From Chloroflexota bacterium (GTDB taxonomy: Bacteria > Chloroflexota > Dehalococcoidia > UBA2979): DNA of 64,000 bases. The notes beneath the pieces were generated by a model. The model was not told the origin of the DNA. It did not search any database and saw only the letters and a program-made list of their open reading frames with translations. The stretch lies in the NCBI GenBank assembly GCA_027593235.1, contig JAQCIU010000004.1:32001-96000 (forward strand), written 5' to 3'. Position numbers and translations under genes: made by a program. Positions within the stretch are counted from its first letter, which is position 1. The number at the start of each line of letters is the position of its first letter. Shown here piece by piece: positions 31,162-39,497 of this stretch.

Positions 31162-31802
31162 GCATCAATCGAGGCGATCCCGCCGACCACCGCCCCGAGG
31201 CAGACGATCGGGGCGACGGCGGCACTCCACCACAACGAGGCGGCCCGGCGCTGCCGATCATGACGGTCGACCTCGATGGCGTCGTCTGCGCTCCGCTGCT
31301 TGGCGCGAACCTCGGCATCCACGCCACCTTCCTCGATCCGGACGCGCCGCCGCCGGCCGCCCGTGTCTGGCCGCGATGGCTCGGCGCGCCACTGGATCAC
31401 GCGCGCTTCGATCTCCGTCGCCCGCTGCCCGGCGCACGGAGCGCGCTCGCGCGACTCTCGAGGTACCGCACGCTGATCCTGCTCACCGGACGGCGGTCCG
31501 ATCCGTCGTACTGGCTGCGCTGGTACGGCCTCGATCGCTACTACACGGGCATCGTCATCAACCAGGACGCGCTGAAGAGCCCCCACCACAAGCTCGAGCA
31601 AATCGAACGCCTCGGCGCCATCGAGCACATCGACGACGACGGTCGCACCGCAGAACTGCTCGCGCAGCGCGCGGGCATCCCGGTCTACCTCCGCGACTGG
31701 CCGCGCAACCGCGGCCTCGCCTTCGACCCGCTGGTTCGGCGCTTCGCGGACCTCGAGGCGCTCGCCGACGCGATCGAGGCTGGCGCACCGCCGAGCGGAT
31801 GA
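31158..31802 (+). CDS. HAD-superfamily hydrolase (5'-nucleotidase-like)
   Basis: VDLDGVV motif I, LTGR motif II, K, HIDDD motif IV, WPRN; GTGA-coupled to the permease. Confidence 0.75.
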   Translation: MSINRGDPADHRPEADDRGDGGTPPQRGGPALPIMTVDLDGVVCAPLLGANLGIHATFLDPDAPPPAARVWPRWLGAPLDHARFDLRRPLPGARSALARLSRYRTLILLTGRRSDPSYWLRWYGLDRYYTGIVINQDALKSPHHKLEQIERLGAIEHIDDDGRTAELLAQRAGIPVYLRDWPRNRGLAFDPLVRRFADLEALADAIEAGAPPSG

Positions 31803-31845
31803 GCCACCCCAGCCAGACCGGGTCTGACGTGCACGCTAGCGTGCG

Positions 31846-32128
31846 GTGGTGACGACCACGCCCGAGCTCGAGGATCCTGCGTCCGCCGACGGTCGCGAAG
31901 CGCCCGCCCCACCCGAGTTCGCCGCCGCCCAGCATTTCCACGGTCGGGTGATCAGGCTCGTTTCCCTGGACCGCGCGATGACCACCATCGGCGCCAGCGC
32001 GGGTGGGCTGCTGGCCGCCGGGATTGGCGCGCAGAGCACCCAGTTCCTTTACGGCGCGCTCACGCCTGGTCGCTGGTACCGCCGTGCTCGTGCTCGCCCG
32101 CAGGCTGGGCGACTATCGGATGCCGTAA
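31846..32128 (+). pseudogene. internally deleted, frameshifted MFS transporter remnant
   Basis: A short hydrophilic N-terminus joins directly to HFHGRVIRLVSLDRAMTTIGASAGGLLAAGIGAQ (MFS TM11-like); the last TM LVAGTAVLVLARRLGDYRMP* is in a shifted frame ending TAA 32128. Confidence 0.65.
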
Positions 32129-32204
32129 CCACGCACTGCGCGTGGCAACATCGAGGCCCACCGCTCCCGGGCGCTCCGGGCGCGCTGACGGAACGGACGT
32201 AGCG

Positions 32205-32867
32205 ATGACCAGCGATTCCTCCAACGACAACGTCAGGTTCCCCCCGGAGTTCTTCCAGCGGGCGGACCCCGCTCCGGACACGCAGTTCTACCGCGAGCCA
32301 CGCTTCGTCACCCACATCGATGACGCCACCATCGAGGCGCTCACCGGCCTGTACGCAGAAGTGATCCCACCCGGGAGCGCCGTGCTCGACTTGATGTCGT
32401 CGTGGGTCTCGCACCTCCCGACCAGCGTCGCCTATGAGCGCGTCTCCGGACTGGGGATGAACGAGCAGGAGTTGGCGACGAACCCCCAGCTCGACGACTA
32501 CGTCGTCCACGATCTGAATCAGCGCCCGGAGCTGCCGTACCTGGACGAGAGCTTCGACTTCGTCGTCAGCGCGGTGTCGGTGCAGTACCTCGCCAGGCCG
32601 ACGGAAGTGTTCGCATCGATCGCGCGTGTGCTCCGACCGGGCGGTACCTCGGTGGTCGCGTTCTCGCATCGGATGTTCCCGACCAAGGCGGTCGCCATCT
32701 GGCAAGAACTGAGCCGCGACGATCGCGCTCGACTCGTCGCGTCGTACCACGTCGTGGCCGGCGCGTTCGACGATCCGGTCTTCGTCGATCGATCGCCGGC
32801 GGACGCTGATCCGCTCTGGGTCGTCGTCGCTCGCAAGCGATCCGCGGATGGCAGTCCGATCACCTAG
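32205..32867 (+). CDS. class I SAM-dependent methyltransferase (type 11)
   Basis: FYREPRFVTHIDD, VLDLMSSWVSHLP, GLGMN..EL..N, VSVQYL..P, FSHRMFPTKA. Confidence 0.9.
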   Translation: MTSDSSNDNVRFPPEFFQRADPAPDTQFYREPRFVTHIDDATIEALTGLYAEVIPPGSAVLDLMSSWVSHLPTSVAYERVSGLGMNEQELATNPQLDDYVVHDLNQRPELPYLDESFDFVVSAVSVQYLARPTEVFASIARVLRPGGTSVVAFSHRMFPTKAVAIWQELSRDDRARLVASYHVVAGAFDDPVFVDRSPADADPLWVVVARKRSADGSPIT

Positions 32868-32992
32868 AAAGAATTTTCCCCAAACCATGAACCTTTCACC
32901 GACTACAGGCGTTCTAATGGATGAGGGGTGTGGGCAATTGACATTGCTCGCCCTCAACTTTGTCGTTCAACGGTCTGAGAAGGGATACTCAA

Positions 32993-33451
32993 CTGGCCAC
33001 CACAAATCGCACCGTCGCGGCTGCAAAGCCTGCCGCGAAGTCAGCAGCCAAGCCGGCTGCGAAATCGGCGGCCAAGCCCCGCGCGGCGGTTCGAACCGCT
33101 GTCAAGGCAGCAGCCAAGCCGAAGGCAGTAGCCAAGAAGCCAGCCACCAAAGCAGCGGCTAAGCCCGCCGCCAAGGCCGTCGCAAGGAAGCCTGCGGTGA
33201 AGGCCGCCGTCAAGAAGCCAGCCACCAAGGCTGCGGCCCGACCGGCCGTGAAGGCTGCGGCGAAGAAGCCAGCCGCCAAGGCTGCGGCCCGACCGGCCGT
33301 GAAGGCCGCGGCGAAGAAGCCAGCCGCCAAGGCTGCGGCCCGACCGGCCGTGAAGGCTGCGGCAAAGAAGCCAGCCGCCAAGGCTGCGGCCCGACCGGCC
33401 GTGAGGGCTGCGGCGAAGAAGCCAGCCGCCCGCGCGGCAGCGAAGCGGTAA
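32993..33451 (+). CDS. histone H1-like Lys/Ala/Pro-rich DNA-binding protein
   Basis: Dominated by K/A/P/R with PAAK/KKPA repeats. SD-like GAGAAGGGA 7 nt before CTG 32993 (ORF track uses TTG 32960). Strong terminator follows. Confidence 0.8.
   Translation: MATTNRTVAAAKPAAKSAAKPAAKSAAKPRAAVRTAVKAAAKPKAVAKKPATKAAAKPAAKAVARKPAVKAAVKKPATKAAARPAVKAAAKKPAAKAAARPAVKAAAKKPAAKAAARPAVKAAAKKPAAKAAARPAVRAAAKKPAARAAAKR
33191..33445 (+). repeat. five tandem 51-nt coding repeats (PAVKAAAKKPAAKAAAR)
   Basis: Units begin at 33191, 33242, 33293, 33344 and 33395, with synonymous and few missense differences. Confidence 0.9.
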
Positions 33452-33473
33452 TTACCGCACCGGGTTCACACCC

Positions 33474-33512
33474 AACAAACAGGCCACCGGAATCCGGTGG
33501 CCTGTTTGTTTG
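33474..33512. terminator. bidirectional intrinsic terminator
   Basis: AACAAACAGGCCACCGG-AAT-CCGGTGGCCTGTTTGTT: perfect 17-bp inverted repeat with T-rich tails on both strands, between convergent genes. Confidence 0.88.
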
Positions 33513-33534
33513 TCCGGGCTACGGGCGGAGGGCC

Positions 33535-34383
33535 TCAGTCCTCGTGCAGTCGGGCCCCCAGCCGGCGTAACAGCACCCGGCACGCCTCGCGCGGTCCCGC
33601 GACGTACGGCGGAATGCTGATCTGCTGCGGCGACAACTCCAGCCGTTCGCCGTTGAGCATCAACAGCGCGCCGCCAGCCGCCTCCAGCACGGCGACGCCG
33701 CCCGCGACGTCCCAGACCGATCGAGGTCCCGTCGAGAAGTAGACGTCCGCCTGCGACGTTGCCGCGTGCACCAGCTTCACTGCCGCCGATCCACACGGGT
33801 ACACGTCGAACGGGATCTGGTAGTGCAACTCTCGCCACTCGTAGTCGTGTCGAGAGACCACCACCCGCTGGACCTCGTCGCGACCTGCGATCGATTCGAT
33901 CGGCACCCCGTCGACGCGCGCCTCCAACCGATCCTCGATCACCAGCCCCGACAACACCGAGGACCGCTCGTCCTCCTCGTCGTCGTTCAGCGGCAGCCCG
34001 ACCGCGCCGAGCACCAGTTCGTCACCAACGAACAGGCCGACCGATACGCCGAACTCCGGTAGTCCGCGCAGAAACTCGCGCGTGCCGTCGAGCGGATCGA
34101 CGACCCAGGTCGGCTCGCCGTGAATCAGCGGCGCGTCCTGGCGCGACTCCTCGGAGATCCAGTGCGCGCCCTCGATCAATCCGATGAGCTCACGGTGGAG
34201 CACATCGTCCGCGGCGTGATCGGCCTCGGTGACCGGGCCCTCACCGGGCTTGTGACCCACCCGCATGGTGTCCTGCGCGATGACGCCGAGGATCGCCTCG
34301 TTCGCCTGTGCGACCGCCTGCTCCAGGCCGTCCCGAATCGCATCGAAGTCCAGCGCGCCCCAATCGGACGGCGCGTCGCTCAC
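33535..34383 (-). CDS. inositol monophosphatase / CysQ family protein
   Basis: PVTEAD, ISEE, WVVDPLDGTREF, GSAAVK, WDVAGG. Confidence 0.92.
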   Translation of the reverse strand: MSDAPSDWGALDFDAIRDGLEQAVAQANEAILGVIAQDTMRVGHKPGEGPVTEADHAADDVLHRELIGLIEGAHWISEESRQDAPLIHGEPTWVVDPLDGTREFLRGLPEFGVSVGLFVGDELVLGAVGLPLNDDEEDERSSVLSGLVIEDRLEARVDGVPIESIAGRDEVQRVVVSRHDYEWRELHYQIPFDVYPCGSAAVKLVHAATSQADVYFSTGPRSVWDVAGGVAVLEAAGGALLMLNGERLELSPQQISIPPYVAGPREACRVLLRRLGARLHED

Positions 34384-34517
34384 CGGCTCGCGCTGCCCTC
34401 GACGCCAGTCGTCCAGGCCGTGGCGCCGTTGTCGCTCGCGATGATCGCGAGCAAGAATCGCGCGTCCAGCGCGGACCGACGGGCGGTTACGACCGCCACT
34501 CTGCCCTGAGTATCCAT
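34380..34517 (-). pseudogene. 45-codon ORF, possible SDR remnant
   Basis: GGGGAG then MDTQGRVAVVTA, resembling an SDR first beta-strand but lacking GxxxGxG; GTGA-coupled to the IMPase gene. Confidence 0.4.
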
Positions 34518-34647
34518 CGTGCTCCCCAGAGGACGCGTCGCCTTGGCAAGCGCATCGTAACCGGTCGCCGAGGGTCGAACGAACAACGGCAGAGCGCAGC
34601 TCAGCAAACAGCCGAGGGAGGGGCGTAGCCGGGTGCCCTGCCCGCGG

Positions 34648-36270
34648 TTACGACGGTCGGACCCACTGTGCGGCGAGCCAGCTCTCGTTGAACCCGTAGG
34701 CGTCAAATTCATATCCGCCCAGCCGTGCGCCGATCGAAGCAATGTCGATCGGGGTAACCAGCGGGAACATTCCCGGTGCCGACCCCAGCAGGACTCGCTG
34801 CGCTTGCCGCATCGCCGAGGCCCGTTCCAGCGGCTCGACCTGCGACAGAGCGGTCGTCACCGCGGCATCGAACACCGGGTTGGAGTACCCCCATTGCGAG
34901 AAGCGCCCATCGAGGCCACCGGTTGTATGCAGCCGGAGACCGTCGCCCGGGGTATCGAGTCCGCCGACCTCAAAAAGGGTCGCCTCGAAGTCGCCCGCAA
35001 AGAACGCCGTCTCCCAGACGGCGTGTTCCTCGATCCGCAGCTGCGCGTCGAAACCGACCGCTCGCAACTGACTGGTCACCATCGAGAGGTAGTCGCGAGG
35101 TCCGGCGGCGTCCGAGGTCAGAATGCGGAACGCCAGCGGCTCGTTCGTCGCCGCCTGCAGCAGCTTCGCCGCCTCGGCCGGGTCGAACTGGTAGAGCGGC
35201 TGCGTCCGCAACTCCGGAACGGCCAGGCTGTCGGCGCCATGCGCCGCACCCACCGGGCTCGCGATCACGCTGGCGTCCACTGCCGCGAGGGCGTCGCGAT
35301 CGAGGCTGCGCGAGATCGCCCGACGGATCCGTTCATCCTGAAACGCCTCGACATGCATCTTCGGCAGGCCGCCCTTGTTCGGGAGAAGCGACAGCCCCAG
35401 CCCGCGCAGCTTCCGCGCTGCCCGCCGCTCCTGCTGCGTCCCCGGTCGCTCAAGCGCCCGTGTCGCGTCCGCCATCGACGTGTGATGGCGGACATCCACT
35501 TCGGACCGCTGGAACGCCTCGTCGAGCTGCGCATCATCGTCGTAGTAGAGGGCGCTGACCTGCTCGAGCCGCGGATAGCCGCTGTCATGGAAGCGCGGGT
35601 TGGCGACGAGCGCGTGGCCCGTGGGGTCCTGGCCCGCCGGTACGAACGGTCCGCTACCAACGGCGTCGGAGAACGGCGCGTAGCGCGTGTCGCCGCGGAC
35701 GCTTGCCCCGGGCGCCGCGAGCGAGTCGAACAGCAGCGCGAACGGCGCGCGAAGACGCAGGCTCAGCGTTGATGAATCAGGGACCGTGACCTGGTCGACG
35801 ACCTCACTGAAGAGGTAGGCCCCCGCCGCCGCCTGCTCCTCGAATCGGCGCTGGATCAACTCCGTGGTGATCGGGGCCGCCAGTCCCTCCACATCCGGGT
35901 GGAAGAACAGATCGGGGCGCAGCGTGAAGTGAATCTCCAGCGGTTCAACCAGCTCGAACGCGCTCGCCAGATCGGCATGCACCGTGGCGCTTCTGGGATC
36001 GATGGCGATGAGCCTGGAGTAGGCGAGCTGCTGCTCTAGGCGGCTGAGCGGCTGCGAGACCAACCGATTGCTGTTGACCACGCCCAGCCGGAGTCGCCCC
36101 GATGGCGCGCCGCTCGGTCCCGCCTCGCGCCCGAGTGTCGCCGTCGCCGCCGCACTGGAACCGGGGGCTGAGTCATCGCCGCATGCGAGGCCGAGCCAAC
36201 TGCCGGCGGCCAGCACCCCGGCGCCCGCAGCCAATCGCAAGGCCTCACGCCGGGAGATACTGCGGGCCAC
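34648..36270 (-). CDS. family 5 (peptide/nickel-type) ABC substrate-binding Tat-lipoprotein
   Basis: SRREAL Tat motif, LAC lipobox, DLAS.FE...FTLRP..FFH, GSGPF, FQDERIRRAIS, FDPAEA..LL. Confidence 0.85.
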   Translation of the reverse strand: MARSISRREALRLAAGAGVLAAGSWLGLACGDDSAPGSSAAATATLGREAGPSGAPSGRLRLGVVNSNRLVSQPLSRLEQQLAYSRLIAIDPRSATVHADLASAFELVEPLEIHFTLRPDLFFHPDVEGLAAPITTELIQRRFEEQAAAGAYLFSEVVDQVTVPDSSTLSLRLRAPFALLFDSLAAPGASVRGDTRYAPFSDAVGSGPFVPAGQDPTGHALVANPRFHDSGYPRLEQVSALYYDDDAQLDEAFQRSEVDVRHHTSMADATRALERPGTQQERRAARKLRGLGLSLLPNKGGLPKMHVEAFQDERIRRAISRSLDRDALAAVDASVIASPVGAAHGADSLAVPELRTQPLYQFDPAEAAKLLQAATNEPLAFRILTSDAAGPRDYLSMVTSQLRAVGFDAQLRIEEHAVWETAFFAGDFEATLFEVGGLDTPGDGLRLHTTGGLDGRFSQWGYSNPVFDAAVTTALSQVEPLERASAMRQAQRVLLGSAPGMFPLVTPIDIASIGARLGGYEFDAYGFNESWLAAQWVRPS

Positions 36271-36395
36271 GCATGCTCCCTGGTGATGCCGACTCAGCGC
36301 GCCGTCATCGTACGAGGTGCTACGGACGAGTGACCACCGTCGCCGCCGAATGCTGGGGCACGACCGCAGCACAATCGATCAGTAGCATCGAGGGC

Positions 36396-37007
36396 ATGCG
36401 GCACTTCGACGACACACCGGACGATTCCCGTCCAGCCAATCCATGGCCACGCCTGCTCGCCCTTGGCGCCGTAATTCTCGTCGCCATCCTTGCCTCCGGA
36501 GCTTGCCTCGTCGCCTTCCTCAACACCGGCGCCGAACCGGAGTTGCGGTTGACGATCGACGAAATCGAACCGGGCATCCCACGGTTCGAGCCGATTACGA
36601 ACTGGGGCGCCGACGACGAGCAATTCACTTACGGAATCTGGGTGGCCCAGATTGAGGGCGTCGGCACCCGTGCGTACCTGTCGCGCGACGTCGGCTCCGG
36701 ATGCCACGTCCAGTGGCTAGCCACCGCGCGCGTCGGCGAGACGGTCGGCCTGTTCCGCGACCGCTGCAGCGGCAGTAGTTATGACATCGGCGGCGCGGTG
36801 ATCGATGGGCCGGCCAGCCGCAACCTCGATCAGTTCAGCGTCACCACGCCGCCGGGCGAGGTGATCGTCGACTTCGCGGTGCTGCTCATCGGGGAATGCC
36901 ACGGTGCGCCGACATCCGACGCACCGATCTGCAGCACTGAACTTGGCACGACGACCCGCACGGTGCCGACGAGCCAGCGGTTGCCGGACGACTTCGCGAC
37001 GCGCTAG
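36396..37007 (+). CDS. membrane-anchored Rieske-fold protein with degenerate cluster boxes
   Basis: N-terminal TM; RDVGSGCHVQW and FRDRCSGSSYDIGG..IDGPASRNLDQF align with Rieske boxes CxHxGC and CxCHGS..GPA.R.L. Confidence 0.75.
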   Translation: MRHFDDTPDDSRPANPWPRLLALGAVILVAILASGACLVAFLNTGAEPELRLTIDEIEPGIPRFEPITNWGADDEQFTYGIWVAQIEGVGTRAYLSRDVGSGCHVQWLATARVGETVGLFRDRCSGSSYDIGGAVIDGPASRNLDQFSVTTPPGEVIVDFAVLLIGECHGAPTSDAPICSTELGTTTRTVPTSQRLPDDFATR

Positions 37008-37026
37008 CGCCGCAGGCCGAGGCTGG

Positions 37027-37356
37027 CTACCAGATCCCCAGTGCCATCTTGACCTCTTCCGAGGCCATCTCGCGCGGGTCCCACGGCGGGCTCCAGACGA
37101 GGTTCACCTCGACGTCTTCGACGCCCTCGACGTCCGTCGCCTTGTGGTAAATCATCCCCTGCAGCAGCGGGCCGACGGGACAGGCCGGAGAGGTCAACGT
37201 CATGTCGACGGTGACCATGCCCTCGTCGTCTACCGCGACGTCGTAGATCAGACCCAGCTCCGTGATGCTCATGTGGAGCTCGGGGTCTTCGACGGTCTTC
37301 AGGACCGCCCAGATCTCGTCCGTGGTCGGTCGCTTCTTCGTCTCGACATCAGCCAT
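37027..37356 (-). CDS. sufT: DUF59/SufT Fe-S maturation protein
   Basis: V.DPEL..SI.ELGLIYDV, MTLTSPACP, VWSPPW; last gene of the suf operon. Confidence 0.88.
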   Translation of the reverse strand: MADVETKKRPTTDEIWAVLKTVEDPELHMSITELGLIYDVAVDDEGMVTVDMTLTSPACPVGPLLQGMIYHKATDVEGVEDVEVNLVWSPPWDPREMASEEVKMALGIW

Positions 37357-37849
37357 CGTGGTTGGTCCTCTCGTCCGTCGTGGCCGGATCGGCCGCCGGT
37401 CGTGGTTTCAGTGCCTGTTCAAGCGTCTTCCAGGCCAGCGACGCGCACTTCACGCGCGCCGGGAACTTGGCCACGCCAGCTAGCATCTCGCTGTCGCCCA
37501 GATCGTATTCGCCCGCTTCACCGGTGAGCATCAGCTGCTGGAACGCGTCGATCGCCGCCTGCGCGCCTGCGCGATCCAGCCCGTTCACCTGCTCGGTCAT
37601 CATCGAGGCGGACGCCTGCGAGATGGAGCAGCCCTGCCCCGAGAAGCGCAACGCCTCGATGTTGTCACCGTCGAGCTGCACATCGAGGTGGATCTCGTCG
37701 CCACAGAGCGGGTTCGCGCCATCGGCCGCGCAGGTCGGCGCTTCGAGTTCGCCCTTGTTCCGCGGGCTGCGGTAGTGCTCCAGGATCACCTCGCGATAGA
37801 GGTCCTCCATCAGGCTCCCGGCGTTCTCGAGGTCGCGCCTGGCCGTCAT
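37349..37849 (-). CDS. sufU: SufU sulfur-transfer protein
   Basis: LYREVILEHY, NPLCGDEI, GQGCSISQASAS, RVKCA. Alternative start at 37810. Confidence 0.93.
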   Translation of the reverse strand: MTARRDLENAGSLMEDLYREVILEHYRSPRNKGELEAPTCAADGANPLCGDEIHLDVQLDGDNIEALRFSGQGCSISQASASMMTEQVNGLDRAGAQAAIDAFQQLMLTGEAGEYDLGDSEMLAGVAKFPARVKCASLAWKTLEQALKPRPAADPATTDERTNHDG

Positions 37850-37877
37850 CAGTTCGCCCCAAACAGCAGCGTGATCA

Positions 37878-39152
37878 TCAGCGGGTCCCAAACATGCGGG
37901 CGGTGTCCTCGACGGCGCTCACGAGCGCGTCGACTTCCTCGCGGGTGTTGTAGATGTAGAACGAGGCGCGCGCCGTCGCGGGCACCCGCAGCGCCGCCAT
38001 CACCGGCTGTGCGCAGTGGTGACCGGCGCGGATCGCGACGCCGTGGTCGTCCAGCACCTGGCCGATATCGTGCGGGTGCACGTCCTCGAGGGCGAACGAC
38101 AGGACGCCGCCGCGGTCCTCGGCGTTGGGCGGGCCAAAGAGCGTCACGCCCGGCACGTCACCCAGGCGTGCGAGCGCGTACCTCGTGAGGTCCAGCTCGT
38201 GCGCGCGAACCTGGTCCATCCCGAGTGCGTCGAGGTACGTGAGCGCGGCGCCAAAGCCGACGACGCCGGCGATGTTCGGCGTCCCCGCCTCGAGCTTCGC
38301 GGGCACCTCGGCCCAGGTGGACATCTCCTTGGTGACGGTGAGAATCATGTCGCCGCCACCCATGAACGGGTTCATCGCATCGAGGACCTCGAAGCGCCCC
38401 CAGAGCACGCCGACGCCGGTCGGGCCGAGCATCTTGTGCGCCGAGAAGGCGAGGAAGTCGATACCAAGCGCCTGCACGTCAATCGCCAGGTGCGGCACGA
38501 GTTGCGCGCCATCGACGAGCACCGTCGCGCCCTGCGCCTTCGCGAGCGGCACCAACTCCTCGAGCGGCACGATGCTTCCGAGGGCGTTCGACATCGCGGT
38601 GATTGCGAGCAGCTTCGTCTTCGGGCCGATCAGCGCGCGCGCGGCCTCGAGGTCGAGCGTACCGTCGGGCAGCATCGGGATGAACTTCAGCACGATGCCG
38701 CGCTCGTCGCGCAGCATCTGCCACGGCACGATGTTGGAGTGGTGCTCCAGCTCGCTGACCACCACCTCGTCGCCCGCCTGCAGGAACTTCCGTCCCCACC
38801 CGTGCGCGACGAGGTTGATCGATGCCGTCGTCCCGGACGTGAAAACGATCTCGCGTGAGTCCGCAGCGTTGATGAACGCCCGGGTCTGTTCGCGCACGTT
38901 CTCGTAGAGGCCGGTCGCTTCCTGCGACAGCGTGTGCACCCCGCGGTGGATGTTCGCGCTGTGGTCGCGGTAGAAGCGCGTCAACTCAGCGATCACCTGC
39001 ACCGGGTGCTGCGAACTGGCGGCGTTATCGAGGTAGACGAGCTTCGCGCCGGAGGCGACGTCACGCTGCAGGATCGGGAAGTCGCGGCGGATCTTCGCGA
39101 TGTCGTAGGCGCGCGGTGTCGCCTGCTCTTCCGAGATCACCGGCTGTGCCAT
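37878..39152 (-). CDS. sufS: cysteine desulfurase (group II)
   Basis: YLDNAAS, ANIHRGVH, EHHSN, FSAHKMLGPTG, EAGTP, RAGHHCA. Confidence 0.95.
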   Translation of the reverse strand: MAQPVISEEQATPRAYDIAKIRRDFPILQRDVASGAKLVYLDNAASSQHPVQVIAELTRFYRDHSANIHRGVHTLSQEATGLYENVREQTRAFINAADSREIVFTSGTTASINLVAHGWGRKFLQAGDEVVVSELEHHSNIVPWQMLRDERGIVLKFIPMLPDGTLDLEAARALIGPKTKLLAITAMSNALGSIVPLEELVPLAKAQGATVLVDGAQLVPHLAIDVQALGIDFLAFSAHKMLGPTGVGVLWGRFEVLDAMNPFMGGGDMILTVTKEMSTWAEVPAKLEAGTPNIAGVVGFGAALTYLDALGMDQVRAHELDLTRYALARLGDVPGVTLFGPPNAEDRGGVLSFALEDVHPHDIGQVLDDHGVAIRAGHHCAQPVMAALRVPATARASFYIYNTREEVDALVSAVEDTARMFGTR

Positions 39153-39484
39153 CAGTTGGCCTCGCCCTGCGCTTGCTCGCCACACTCGACGAGGACGCTA
39201 CCGCCCTCGGTCGTGACGGGGTAGGCCGCAACGTCCCGGACCGCGGGCAACGACAGCACCTTGCCAGTTTTCGCATCGAAGGCGGCGCCGTGCCGCGGGC
39301 AGATCACCCGCCCACGTTGCAGGCGGCCCTCGCCAAGCGGTCCACCATCGTGCGTGCAGACGTTGTCGATCGCGTACAACTCGCCGTCGATGTTGCTCAG
39401 CGCGAGCGAACGCCCCGCGCATTCCACCACTCGCACTTCGCCCTCGGGAATGTCATCGATCGCACCAACACGCTCACCGGTCAC
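39152..39484 (-). CDS. Rieske-type ferredoxin
   Basis: CTH...CPRHGA intact cluster ligands; within the suf operon. Confidence 0.92.
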   Translation of the reverse strand: MTGERVGAIDDIPEGEVRVVECAGRSLALSNIDGELYAIDNVCTHDGGPLGEGRLQRGRVICPRHGAAFDAKTGKVLSLPAVRDVAAYPVTTEGGSVLVECGEQAQGEAN

Positions 39485-39497
39485 AGACGATCCCTCG

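Noticed and set aside
32989-33381. Antisense Ala/Phe-rich ORF
   Set aside because: Mirror of the H1-like repeats; SD and promoter signals favour the + strand.
33191-33445. Repeat array as CRISPR or a non-coding repeat
   Set aside because: Contiguous 51-nt units without spacers, in frame, with mostly synonymous variation; no cas genes nearby.
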